The position numbers and the translations under genes were made by a program. Source: an uncultured virus (IMG/VR IMGVR_UViG_3300025133_000091) (Duplodnaviria > Heunggongvirae > Uroviricota > Caudoviricetes > Crassvirales). From it: a DNA stretch of 64,000 nt. The stretch lies in IMG/VR virus record IMGVR_UViG_3300025133_000091; one strand, 5' to 3'. The notes below the pieces were generated by a model. That model was not told the origin of the DNA. It saw only the letters and a program-made list of their open reading frames with translations, and searched no databases. Positions 1 through 8,804 of this stretch are shown piece after piece (within the stretch, counting starts at the first letter, position 1; each line of letters opens with the position of its first letter).

Positions 1-2
1 AT

Positions 3-377
3 TGTAAGACTGAAGATGTTAATAGGTATACAATGGAGTATCTAACAAAGATAGAGATCTTTGCTAAGAAATATGATGTGCTAGTGTTCATAGTAGCTCA
101 TCCAACTAAAATGTATAAAGGAAATGATGGAAAAATTGAAGAACCTACTATGTACAACATTAAAGGTGGGGGAGAATGGTACGATGCAAGTTATCATGGT
201 TTATTGGTACACAGGGACTACGATGCTAAGACCACTAAGGTTAAAGTACTTAAGGTCAAGTTCCAAAACCTCGGTGAAAACGGTGCTGAGTCTCATTTTA
301 CTTGGGAGCCTAAGTCTGGGAGTTTCATACCAAACGAACCGGTAACAGCTGAAGTTGATGGGCTGCCCTGGGAGTAA
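3..377 (+). CDS. DNA primase-helicase, C-terminal part (SF4/Twinkle-like); 5' truncated by the window
   Basis: Frame is open from position 3. FIVAHPTK, YNIKGGGEW and VLKVKFQNLG resemble SF4 (T7 gp4/Twinkle) helicase motifs. Confidence 0.8.
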   Translation, partial: CKTEDVNRYTMEYLTKIEIFAKKYDVLVFIVAHPTKMYKGNDGKIEEPTMYNIKGGGEWYDASYHGLLVHRDYDAKTTKVKVLKVKFQNLGENGAESHFTWEPKSGSFIPNEPVTAEVDGLPWE

Positions 378-631
378 TGGCTTGGATGAAAAAATCCACT
401 GGTAAATCGCCAGGTTATCACAACTACACCCACGAAGACATGAAAAGAGTTCAATGGTGTTTAGATAAGAAGATAAAGATAGCGGTTATACCTAGTGGAA
501 CTAAATGGCAAATTGAACTTAACATTAATGACAAGATACATTTAGATCCAGAGATACGAAAAGCTGATGAAGCTTATAAAAAAATGTACGAATACTATAA
601 ATACTATTATGATAAACACAATAAACAATAA
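377..631 (+). CDS. hypothetical protein
   Basis: 84-aa ORF coupled to the helicase stop (TAATG). Confidence 0.6.
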   Translation: MAWMKKSTGKSPGYHNYTHEDMKRVQWCLDKKIKIAVIPSGTKWQIELNINDKIHLDPEIRKADEAYKKMYEYYKYYYDKHNKQ

Positions 632-1265
632 AGTCTTTAGAAACGCGAATGAAGCCTACGAATATTTGCACGATCAGATAATTCAAAACGGTGTATCATT
701 TGGAGATACTAAAGCTCTGTTCAATGTAGGTTTCTACATTACAGACCCTAAAGATAGAAAGATAATAAACAAAGAACGTAAGTGGAACGAAGAGTACGCT
801 GAGGCTGAATGGCAATGGTACTTATCAGGTGATCCTAAAATATCTAAGTTAGGCGAGATATACGGTAAAGTTCCTGAAATATGGAAACGCATGGCAAACC
901 CTGCTGGTGAGGTAAACTCTAACTATGGTTACCAATGGCAACGTAACGGGCAATTAGACTTTATAATCACCCAGTTAACATATCAAAAAGATACTAGGCA
1001 AGCCTGTATATCTATATATGATGGTAAGGAAATAACTGATTATGCGTACGACACGCCATGTACTTATGCGATACAATTTACAATTGTTAATAACAGGCTT
1101 GATATGTGTGTTACGATGCGATCTAACGATCTTTGGTACGGTTTTTGTAATGATCAATATCAATTCTCTAAACTGCAAGAGATGGTCTCTAAACGGTTGA
1201 GGATTGAGACTGGTGTTTACTATCACTTTGCACATAACATGCACTTATACAACGATAAGATATGA
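609..1265 (+). CDS. thymidylate synthase-family protein, possibly a dCMP hydroxymethylase/methylase
   Basis: NYGYQW, RQA, catalytic DTPCT, MRSNDLWYGFCND and HNMHLY motifs. Likely start is ATG 609, in frame with the 567 ORF. Confidence 0.85.
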   Translation: MINTINNKVFRNANEAYEYLHDQIIQNGVSFGDTKALFNVGFYITDPKDRKIINKERKWNEEYAEAEWQWYLSGDPKISKLGEIYGKVPEIWKRMANPAGEVNSNYGYQWQRNGQLDFIITQLTYQKDTRQACISIYDGKEITDYAYDTPCTYAIQFTIVNNRLDMCVTMRSNDLWYGFCNDQYQFSKLQEMVSKRLRIETGVYYHFAHNMHLYNDKI

Positions 1266-2191
1266 CATACTATATATACCACATACCAGGAAAAAAGATT
1301 GGGGTAACTCGCGATCTAGAAAAACGAGTTACAAAGCAACAAGGCTACGAACCGCATGAATACGAGATACTATATACTTACAATGAAGACGAGATAGAAG
1401 AGGTTAGTTTAATGGAAACTTATCTTCAAAAAAAGTATGGTTACCGTGTTGATGAAGTGCCTTATAATAAACTTAAATTTAATAAAGAAGAAAACGATAT
1501 GAATATAAACGTAACAGAACAAACAACAACGTTTCCTTGTCCAGTTAATAAACTGAAAGGACAACTTATGGATAACATAGGAATGATATGGGAAACAGAG
1601 CACGGAGGATTTATGATCAACAAACAATCTATTGATTGGATAATGAGGAATGTTCAAGTATCTAGATACAACTCAGAAAGATCATATGTATACAATAAGG
1701 CTTTTGCTAGGTTCTATGACAACCACCAAACACACGATTACCCATCAAACGGTAGAACAACTTTAACCGGAGGTTTAGCTCCAACTGGAATGAAAGAGAG
1801 ACTTTGTGATGAATACCAAGATCGTAATCCAGAAGATTATGGCGTGCCAACTGAACCAGAGTTCGCTAAAAGAAAATGTAACAAGGGTGAATGTTTAAAC
1901 CCAACTCAATTTGATTTAATTAGAACGTGGGCTAACGATAGAGGATTATATGATGGAGGTGATCCTAAAACTCAGGCTTTAAAATTAGTTGAAGAGGTTG
2001 GCGAAACTTGTAGAGCTATATTAAAAGAAGATGCTCATGAAATGATTGATGGTATTGGTGATTGTGTGGTTGTGCTTACAAACCTAGCTGAATTAATTGG
2101 TACACCAATTGAAGAGTGTATTGATCAAGCTTACAACGAGATCAAAAACAGAAAAGGAAAGATGGTTAACGGAACTTATAAAAAAGATTAA
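1262..2191 (+). CDS. MazG-like NTP pyrophosphohydrolase (C-terminus) with a GIY-YIG-like N-terminus
   Basis: C-terminal WANDRGL..KLVEEVGE..DGIGD..AYNEIKNRKG is the all-alpha NTP-PPase pattern. N-terminal YYIYHIPGKKIGVTRDLEKR resembles GIY-YIG. Confidence 0.75.
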   Translation: MTYYIYHIPGKKIGVTRDLEKRVTKQQGYEPHEYEILYTYNEDEIEEVSLMETYLQKKYGYRVDEVPYNKLKFNKEENDMNINVTEQTTTFPCPVNKLKGQLMDNIGMIWETEHGGFMINKQSIDWIMRNVQVSRYNSERSYVYNKAFARFYDNHQTHDYPSNGRTTLTGGLAPTGMKERLCDEYQDRNPEDYGVPTEPEFAKRKCNKGECLNPTQFDLIRTWANDRGLYDGGDPKTQALKLVEEVGETCRAILKEDAHEMIDGIGDCVVVLTNLAELIGTPIEECIDQAYNEIKNRKGKMVNGTYKKD

Positions 2192-2192
2192 T

Positions 2193-2465
2193 ATGTCAAG
2201 TAGAGAAATATCAGATGCCAAAAGCGGTATCACAAGAAAAGAGTATGGGTTTAGAGACCCCGTGGTTAAACACGCTGTAAACAAGTTTGTGTCTAGATCA
2301 GATATTGGTTATGAAAAATATGGCAGAACATTAGATGACGAACGTAAAGGCGGTTTTAAAAACCTAGCTGGTTATTTAAATGACATACAAGAAGAGCTTA
2401 TGGACGCTGTGCTATACATACAAGCAGCGCGTGAAGAGCTAGAAGATCGAGATGAAAAGATTTAA
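2193..2465 (+). CDS. small phage protein, NTP-PPase-like helical family
   Basis: RSDIGYEKYG..QEELMDAVLY pattern. ATG 2193 follows the upstream stop. Confidence 0.5.
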   Translation: MSSREISDAKSGITRKEYGFRDPVVKHAVNKFVSRSDIGYEKYGRTLDDERKGGFKNLAGYLNDIQEELMDAVLYIQAAREELEDRDEKI

Positions 2466-2898
2466 AAGAAGAAAGGGTCCCGTCCAAGCAAAGAAAGTCA
2501 CATTCGACGGGATCCAATTTGCTTCAGGTCTTGAAAAGTATATGTATCTAGCTTTAAAAAAAGCTAAGATCAAAGCTCAGTACGAAGGCGAAACCTATCA
2601 ATTATTTGAGGGGTTTATGTTTGAAAACGAGAGCTACGAGAGACAAGCAAATGGTAAAGGGGAATTCAAAAATAGAGGCTCTAAAAAGATTTTAGGCATC
2701 AAATACACCCCTGATTTTGTAGCAGAAAAGTTTATAATAGAATGCAAAGGACGTGCAAACGAATCGTTTCCAATTAGATGGAAGATGTTCAAGAAACATG
2801 TAAAAGAGCGAATTCCACATGTAACTTTATATAAACCACAGAATCAAAAGGAATGTGACAAGGTTGTAGAATTAATATTAACGAATAAATTAAATTAA
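2452..2898 (+). CDS. T7 endonuclease I-like Holliday junction resolvase
   Basis: FASGLE..YTPDF..IIECKG PD-(D/E)xK motif. Confidence 0.8.
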   Translation: MKRFKRRKGPVQAKKVTFDGIQFASGLEKYMYLALKKAKIKAQYEGETYQLFEGFMFENESYERQANGKGEFKNRGSKKILGIKYTPDFVAEKFIIECKGRANESFPIRWKMFKKHVKERIPHVTLYKPQNQKECDKVVELILTNKLN

Positions 2899-3036
2899 AT
2901 GAAAAATTGGGAATTAAGTTTTGGGTTTTACCCAGGAATATTATTAGGTTTTAGAACCTATAACGAAGTGAAGAAGAACAACCATGTGTTATATATACCT
3001 TTTATCGATGTGTGCTTAACTACGTTCAATGCGTAA
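2899..3036 (+). CDS. small hypothetical protein (45 aa, absent from the ORF track)
   Basis: MKNWELSFGFYPGILLGFRTY.. fills the gap after an AATTAAATTAA leader and overlaps the RNR start. Confidence 0.55.
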   Translation: MKNWELSFGFYPGILLGFRTYNEVKKNNHVLYIPFIDVCLTTFNA

Positions 3037-4903
3037 TGATTTAAACAAAAAGATACTTTCAGATCTTACGATCCACATGAAGTATGCTAAGTTTATACCC
3101 GAGTTAAACAGAAGGGAAACTTGGGAAGAGCTAGTCACGAGAAATAAGGAGATGCATCAAAAGAGATACCCTGAGTTGGTAGATCAAATACAATTAAATT
3201 ACAAATATGTTTATGAAAAGAAAGTTTTACCATCTATGCGGGCTTTGCAGTTCAGTGGTAAGCCGATTGAAATCAGCCCTAACAGGCTATACAATTGCTC
3301 TTACTTACCTATTGATCACACTGATTGCTTTAGCGAATGTATGTTTCTGTTACTCTCTGGTTGCGGAGTGGGTTATTCAGTTCAGAGACACCATGTCAAC
3401 GTACTCCCTCATATAACAAAACCATTCGAGGGTAGAACTCGTAGGTTTGTTATCGGAGATAGCATTGAGGGTTGGTCAGATGCAGTTAAGGTTTTAATCA
3501 AGTCCTATTTGGGCTCTAAGAGATCATCTAAGGTCAAATTTGATTATTCTGATATTAGGCCAAAGGGATCACAACTTGTGACCTCAGGGGGAAAAGCTCC
3601 AGGACCACAACCATTAAAAGAATGTTTAGTAAAAATTAAAGGATTATTAGATGCAAAAGAAGACGGAACAAAACTCACTACACTGGAGACTCACGATATC
3701 ATCTGTCATATTGCTGATGCTGTTCTTGCAGGCGGTATTAGACGGGCTGCTTTAATATCATTATTCTCGGCATACGACGAAGAGATGATATCAAGCAAAT
3801 CAGGTGATTGGTGGGAATCAAATCCTCAAAGAGGTAGAGCCAACAATTCAGCTGTACTAATGAGACATAAAATAACTAAAGAATTTTTCTTAGATTTGTG
3901 GAAACGTATTGAATTATCCGGAGCTGGTGAGCCTGGCATATACTTTAATCACGATAAAGATTGGGGAACTAATCCATGTTGTGAAATTGCGTTAAGGCCA
4001 TATCAGTTTTGTAACTTGTGCGAAGTTAATGTAAGTGACGTCACGAGTCAGGAAGATCTTAATGCTAGAGTTAAGGCCGCATCTTTCATAGGCACGCTTC
4101 AAGCAGGTTATACGGAATTCCACTATCTAAGAGAAATATGGCAAGAGACAACTGAGAAGGATGCTTTAGTCGGTGTATCAATGACAGGTATTGCTTCTAA
4201 GAAGGTTTTGAAGATGGATATGGCTAAAGCTGCTGACGTAGTTAAACGTGAAAACTCTAGAGTTGCGAAGCTTATAGGCATAAACAAAGCAGCTAGAACA
4301 ACATGCGTCAAACCAGCTGGAACAACGTCTTTAGTACTCGGTACGTCTTCAGGTATTCACGCTTGGCATAACGAATTCTATATTAGAAGGTTACGTGTAG
4401 GTAAGAACGAACCTATATATAAATATCTAAAACAAAACAATCCTGACTTAGTTCAGGACGAATATTTTAGACCACACGATACTGCTGTTATCGAAATACC
4501 ACAATCAGCACCGAAAGGTTCTATATTAAGAACTGAGTCTGCTTTTGACTTACTCAAGAGAGTTAAAAAAGTTGCTACCGAATGGGTGAAGCCTGGACAT
4601 AGGAAAGGCTCCAATACTCACAACGTGTCTGCAACAATTAGTTTAAAAGACGACGAATGGGATAAGGCTGGAAAATGGATGTGGGATAACAGAGAGTGTT
4701 ACAATGGTTTATCAGTTCTACCTTACGACGGTGGAACGTACACTCAAGCTCCGTTTGAAGATATAACAGAGCAAGAGTTTAACAAAAGAGTCAAGTTATT
4801 AAACGATGTAGATTTATCTATGATTGTTGAAATGACTGACGAAACAGATCTGTCTGGTGAATTGGCTTGTGCCGGCGGAGTCTGCGAAATAACAAGTCTT
4901 TAA
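3029..4903 (+). CDS. nrdJ: ribonucleotide reductase, class II (B12-dependent)
   Basis: LPSMRA, YNCSY, GGIRRAALI, TNPCCEI, VKPAGTTS and C-terminal CAGGVC motifs. No beta subunit gene nearby. Confidence 0.85.
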   Translation: MRNDLNKKILSDLTIHMKYAKFIPELNRRETWEELVTRNKEMHQKRYPELVDQIQLNYKYVYEKKVLPSMRALQFSGKPIEISPNRLYNCSYLPIDHTDCFSECMFLLLSGCGVGYSVQRHHVNVLPHITKPFEGRTRRFVIGDSIEGWSDAVKVLIKSYLGSKRSSKVKFDYSDIRPKGSQLVTSGGKAPGPQPLKECLVKIKGLLDAKEDGTKLTTLETHDIICHIADAVLAGGIRRAALISLFSAYDEEMISSKSGDWWESNPQRGRANNSAVLMRHKITKEFFLDLWKRIELSGAGEPGIYFNHDKDWGTNPCCEIALRPYQFCNLCEVNVSDVTSQEDLNARVKAASFIGTLQAGYTEFHYLREIWQETTEKDALVGVSMTGIASKKVLKMDMAKAADVVKRENSRVAKLIGINKAARTTCVKPAGTTSLVLGTSSGIHAWHNEFYIRRLRVGKNEPIYKYLKQNNPDLVQDEYFRPHDTAVIEIPQSAPKGSILRTESAFDLLKRVKKVATEWVKPGHRKGSNTHNVSATISLKDDEWDKAGKWMWDNRECYNGLSVLPYDGGTYTQAPFEDITEQEFNKRVKLLNDVDLSMIVEMTDETDLSGELACAGGVCEITSL

Positions 4904-4917
4904 TTAAACAAAACAAA

Positions 4918-5142
4918 ATGGAAAAAGTATTTAATGTAGTAAACGAATTTTTTGGTAAAATGTCAACTTTATTTATGACGCTATTGTCATTCGGAATAGT
5001 AGCTGAGATTTTATTTGGGAAAGCAGTTTTAGGAATGTCCGTGATTGATAACGTAACAGAATTGATTGCAGCATTTGGAAATAACGGGGTAGTTGGATTA
5101 ATCGCTCTAGTTATATTATACAACTTACTAGATAAAAAATAG
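4918..5142 (+). CDS. small two-TM membrane protein
   Basis: Two hydrophobic helices. ATG 4918 follows an A-rich leader. Confidence 0.6.
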   Translation: MEKVFNVVNEFFGKMSTLFMTLLSFGIVAEILFGKAVLGMSVIDNVTELIAAFGNNGVVGLIALVILYNLLDKK

Positions 5143-5168
5143 TATTAACAATTAAATTAAATTAAATT

Positions 5169-5363
5169 ATGGAAAATGAAGTAACAAATCTGCTTAAAAA
5201 TATGGCAGAACAATTTCACGAAGCAACACACGATGCTACGAAATTTGAAAGTGGTAATAACTCTGCAGGAACGAGAGTTAGGAAAGCTATGCAGAACATT
5301 AAGAACTTAGCTCAACAAGTTAGGTTAGAAGTTCAATCACAAAAGAACAGTGTGACAGCGTAG
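5169..5363 (+). CDS. histone H1-like (Bacteroidota Hc1-type) protein
   Basis: KFESGNNSAGTRVRKAMQ..AQQVR pattern. Confidence 0.7.
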   Translation: MENEVTNLLKNMAEQFHEATHDATKFESGNNSAGTRVRKAMQNIKNLAQQVRLEVQSQKNSVTA

Positions 5364-5382
5364 TGCTATGCACTAAACTAAG

Positions 5383-5417
5383 AAAGGGAGTAACGAAAGT
5401 TACCCCCTTTTTTTTTA
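5383..5417. terminator. intrinsic terminator, probably bidirectional, between convergent blocks
   Basis: AAAGGGAGTAAC-GAAA-GTTACCCCCTTT followed by a T run. Confidence 0.85.
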
Positions 5418-5517
5418 TGTATTTATTTAAATTATTCTTCTTGTTGACTCACAATATACGTTATTAACCCAGCTAGCATTATGAAAACTAAGTAATATAA
5501 AAACAATTTACAAATCA

Positions 5518-5973
5518 TTAAATAACCGTGTATTTAGTTTTTCCTTTGTCTTTATATGCTTTTAAGCATCTGTTCCGATTATCAATTTCATTGACATAAC
5601 TAATGTGAATCCAATTAGGATTCTTATCATCTCCAAACTCCCAGATCATTTGATCGAAGTTTATATTCTCTTTAACCCATTCATACATCTCAGCGTTAGT
5701 CTTTTTACATCTAGTGTCATCTATATCTATAGCTTGACCCTTACAATGTTGAGATGATGTTGATCCGCCAATAGCTTTGTTTAAGGCTTTACCTCTGTAG
5801 AAGCTATTAACTCTAATTGGTCCACCAACCCACTCTCTTAATGGTTCAAACACTTGTTCAGCTAACTCTTTCATGTTAGCTAACTCAAATTGATTTGGAG
5901 TATTATCTAATCCTCGGCGCATCGCTGTTATGCTATACACTCCTTCCTTATCGCTTATGTGTTTGCTTATCAT
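5518..5973 (-). CDS. endolysin, peptidase M15A family
   Basis: SFYR..LNKAIGGS..SQHCKGQAIDI..WIHISY. Confidence 0.9.
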   Translation of the reverse strand: MISKHISDKEGVYSITAMRRGLDNTPNQFELANMKELAEQVFEPLREWVGGPIRVNSFYRGKALNKAIGGSTSSQHCKGQAIDIDDTRCKKTNAEMYEWVKENINFDQMIWEFGDDKNPNWIHISYVNEIDNRNRCLKAYKDKGKTKYTVI

Positions 5974-5985
5974 TTTTTATATTAT

Positions 5986-6933
5986 TTAATATGCCGTTGT
6001 GTCATCTACCTCGAACACAAACGTGTAGTTTATTTTTGGCTGACCACTTGGGCCAGAGCCAGACGTACATTGAGTGCTAAACAATATTCTATCACCTACA
6101 CTGAACTGAGTTGATGTAGAATAACCAGTTTCAAAATTACAAGCGTTAGCCGCATCACTGGCGTCTGTTGTAAAATCTACAACGTGGTTGGTGTGCGAGG
6201 CTCCACCGGCGTTTGCTGTAACCGTCGCTATCAATGTTGTAGTTGAACCTATTGTTCCATTGGGAACTCTCTTTAATTTAAACGACCAAGCTTTTGCTGA
6301 TAAGCTTGATTGAGTATTTATTAAAACTCTTTTTAATACTCCAGTTGCTGGAGCTACAAGTGGGATAGCGAGATTAAGTTCAAGCACATTCTCTCTATCA
6401 GAATCTGCTAGAGGCACGTAGATTTCACTAGTCATACCACTACCAGTGAATTTCGCAGATGTGTGCACGTAGTGTAATCTTTTTGTTGGTAGTGTTGTTT
6501 GTATTTTGTCTTGAATAGCAGCTGACGTCATTATACTAGTATCATCATCAACAAATGATTCTGAAGACGTTTGTATTAAATCCCCATCAAGATAATCAAA
6601 AACAACACATTCGTCAGCTAAGCCCACAGCTCCAGAACTAACATCAAAATCTGCTGAAGCAAAACTAGCAGCTCCTTTTGCAGAAGTACTAGCGTCAGCT
6701 AAATTTAATGTAACAGTTCCACTAGTTCCACCACCAGTAAGATTTGTTCCTGCGGTTACGCCTTCTATATCTCCACTACCACCACCGCTAACGGTTGCTT
6801 TAACTATTTTATTATTTGAGTCTAAACCTAAGTTACCACCACTAGCTATAGTACCAGTGTCTATATCTTCTAAATAGACGTCATTACGGAATCTAGATAT
6901 TAGATCATATACGTATTGGCCTATCCACTTCAT
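5986..6933 (-). CDS. tail fibre-like structural protein
   Basis: GDIEGVTAGTNLTGGGTSGTVTLN fibre-like motif; rich in Ser, Thr and Gly. Confidence 0.55.
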   Translation of the reverse strand: MKWIGQYVYDLISRFRNDVYLEDIDTGTIASGGNLGLDSNNKIVKATVSGGGSGDIEGVTAGTNLTGGGTSGTVTLNLADASTSAKGAASFASADFDVSSGAVGLADECVVFDYLDGDLIQTSSESFVDDDTSIMTSAAIQDKIQTTLPTKRLHYVHTSAKFTGSGMTSEIYVPLADSDRENVLELNLAIPLVAPATGVLKRVLINTQSSLSAKAWSFKLKRVPNGTIGSTTTLIATVTANAGGASHTNHVVDFTTDASDAANACNFETGYSTSTQFSVGDRILFSTQCTSGSGPSGQPKINYTFVFEVDDTTAY

Positions 6934-6934
6934 G

Positions 6935-7231
6935 TTAGTTTATTATTACGTCCACAGTGCTATCTGCTGCACTTAATTTTATATATAACCCGAATTCACC
7001 GACACGATTATTAAACTTCGCAGCATCATATACCAAGGTAACACCTATGGGTAAGTTTATTTTTTTTAGCAAGTAAAATGTACCAGTAAGTTTCTTTTCA
7101 ATAAACACATCTACAGTCACGCTGTCAGTAGCATGAGTGTTAACTAGTTGTATACTTGATACTAGAACGCTATCTCCTGCCGACAATAACTCTTGTGTTA
7201 ATGCTCCGGTTATATTAAAATATTGAGCCAT
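6935..7231 (-). CDS. putative structural protein
   Basis: Beta-rich 98-aa ORF in the late operon. Confidence 0.5.
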   Translation of the reverse strand: MAQYFNITGALTQELLSAGDSVLVSSIQLVNTHATDSVTVDVFIEKKLTGTFYLLKKINLPIGVTLVYDAAKFNNRVGEFGLYIKLSAADSTVDVIIN

Positions 7232-7234
7232 TTA

Positions 7235-7684
7235 TTACTCGTGAATTATCATGTATTCTAAAGTAACAGAATCAGTACTACTAGGAGTCACATCAATATC
7301 TTGATTGTTTGCGTGAGCCGCACTCGTCCATACTGCTGAGTAAGGGAAGAACATCCAGTCCCCACCGTATAACCAACCTATTTCCTCTAATGCACCCGCA
7401 CCATTTTGTATACCGACCGCTACGTGTTCAGCAGTTGAAGTTCCAGTGTTTTTAATATACACCTTCGCTGCTTTGTCTTCTGTAAGAGTTTGGTCTTGAT
7501 AATGATCAAGATCTATAAGCTTTACTGTACTCATAGAAGTAAAAGTTCTTCTTCTCAAACCACTTGTTTGATCTAATCCTGTCGTGCTACCAGCTTTAGT
7601 TAGTGTAGCTGTGTTAGATATAGAAATACTATTGTCTGCAATATCAGAACTAGCTAATGTTATTGTTGCTGTTGTTGTTGCCAT
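7235..7684 (-). CDS. putative structural protein, paralog of 7708..8127
   Basis: Shares MATTTATITLAS, KN, LYGGDWMF.P and EY.I.HE. Confidence 0.6.
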   Translation of the reverse strand: MATTTATITLASSDIADNSISISNTATLTKAGSTTGLDQTSGLRRRTFTSMSTVKLIDLDHYQDQTLTEDKAAKVYIKNTGTSTAEHVAVGIQNGAGALEEIGWLYGGDWMFFPYSAVWTSAAHANNQDIDVTPSSTDSVTLEYMIIHE

Positions 7685-7707
7685 GTTTATTGTTTTTAAT
7701 GTTATTA

Positions 7708-8127
7708 TTATGCTCCTGTAAACGTTCTACCTTCATGGAAAATAGCGTATTCTACCGTGTTGACTTCATTGGGTGCTTTAATTTCAAGGTTTGCAGCTGC
7801 GTCTGCTTGACTCCAAGGAATAAACATCCAGTCTCCTCCATATAATCTACCTAACACCGCTTCATCTATTGACACTATAACATAATGAGTTTCGTCAGTG
7901 TTTTTATTTACCACATACACCCTGTTCCCCTTATCCACTGCTGCTGCGGTAGAATCTAATAACACATATATATTGTTGTCTCCAGGTATTTTTACTCTAC
8001 CTGAGTCGTATTGAGTTAATCCAGTTGTTGTACCCGCGTCGTAAAGAGTCGTAGTAGACGACAACGATAAGCTGTCGCTAAGTAGGTCTGCACTAGCAAG
8101 TGTAATTGTTGCTGTTGTTGTTGCCAT
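7708..8127 (-). CDS. putative structural protein, paralog of 7235..7684
   Basis: Same shared motifs as 7235..7684. Confidence 0.6.
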   Translation of the reverse strand: MATTTATITLASADLLSDSLSLSSTTTLYDAGTTTGLTQYDSGRVKIPGDNNIYVLLDSTAAAVDKGNRVYVVNKNTDETHYVIVSIDEAVLGRLYGGDWMFIPWSQADAAANLEIKAPNEVNTVEYAIFHEGRTFTGA

Positions 8128-8157
8128 AATTTTTATTTTTGTTTTTGTTGGTTTTGT

Positions 8158-8376
8158 TTATTTGTGTTTGCAACCTTCTAGTTTTGCTAGTTCTTTTTCA
8201 AGCTCTACTATACGGTCTTCGTTTTCGTTTATTATTTTAATCTTTTTCTCTAGTCTTCTATCTAGAATTATAATATCTTCTCCTAATTGAGCTATTTGAC
8301 TATAAGCCATACCCATAGTAAAGATAATACCTATTATCCAGATTATGTTTCCGATGTTAATTTTAAAGTCTTTCAT
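8158..8376 (-). CDS. N-terminal TM plus coiled-coil protein (possibly lysis-associated)
   Basis: IIWIIGIIFTMGMAY helix followed by a heptad-like region. Confidence 0.45.
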   Translation of the reverse strand: MKDFKINIGNIIWIIGIIFTMGMAYSQIAQLGEDIIILDRRLEKKIKIINENEDRIVELEKELAKLEGCKHK

Positions 8377-8454
8377 TATTCACATTCGTGTAAGTAGTAA
8401 CAAACTATTCTCCCAAGAATTAAAGATATCGCTATTAGTAATATGTATTTCATT

Positions 8455-8763
8455 TTACCAGAATAACAATTTAACAATATAACCTATAATAGCAGCATAT
8501 AAACCCCAAAGAGCTTTTGTCACTGTAGATTTCCATTTTTTCATATAATGAAAATCACGAACATCCTTCATCCAGCCAGCTAGATTTTTATCTCTCTCGT
8601 CTAAACGATTAGTATTTTTGTTAACCCTAACCACTAAACCTTCGTCTGGGTCTAGTAACTTGATCATTAGTCTATCCAACTTATCATTTATCTCCTTAAC
8701 GTCTTCTCCCAAAGTTTCGATATCTTTTTTCATTAATGCTATTTCTTGTGCAGTTGTTGCCAT
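8455..8763 (-). CDS. coiled-coil protein with a C-terminal TM helix
   Basis: C-terminal ALWGLYAAIIGYIVKLLFW. Confidence 0.5.
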   Translation of the reverse strand: MATTAQEIALMKKDIETLGEDVKEINDKLDRLMIKLLDPDEGLVVRVNKNTNRLDERDKNLAGWMKDVRDFHYMKKWKSTVTKALWGLYAAIIGYIVKLLFW

Positions 8764-8768
8764 ATCAA

Positions 8769-8799
8769 ATTATAATCACTTATTTTTTCAATTGTTTAC
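8769..8799 (-). promoter_or_regulatory. candidate late promoter GTAAA-N15-GTGAT-TATAAT
   Basis: Intergenic; same spacing as the copies at 21900-21930 and 55196-55226. Confidence 0.55.
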
Positions 8800-8804
8800 T
8801 TTAT

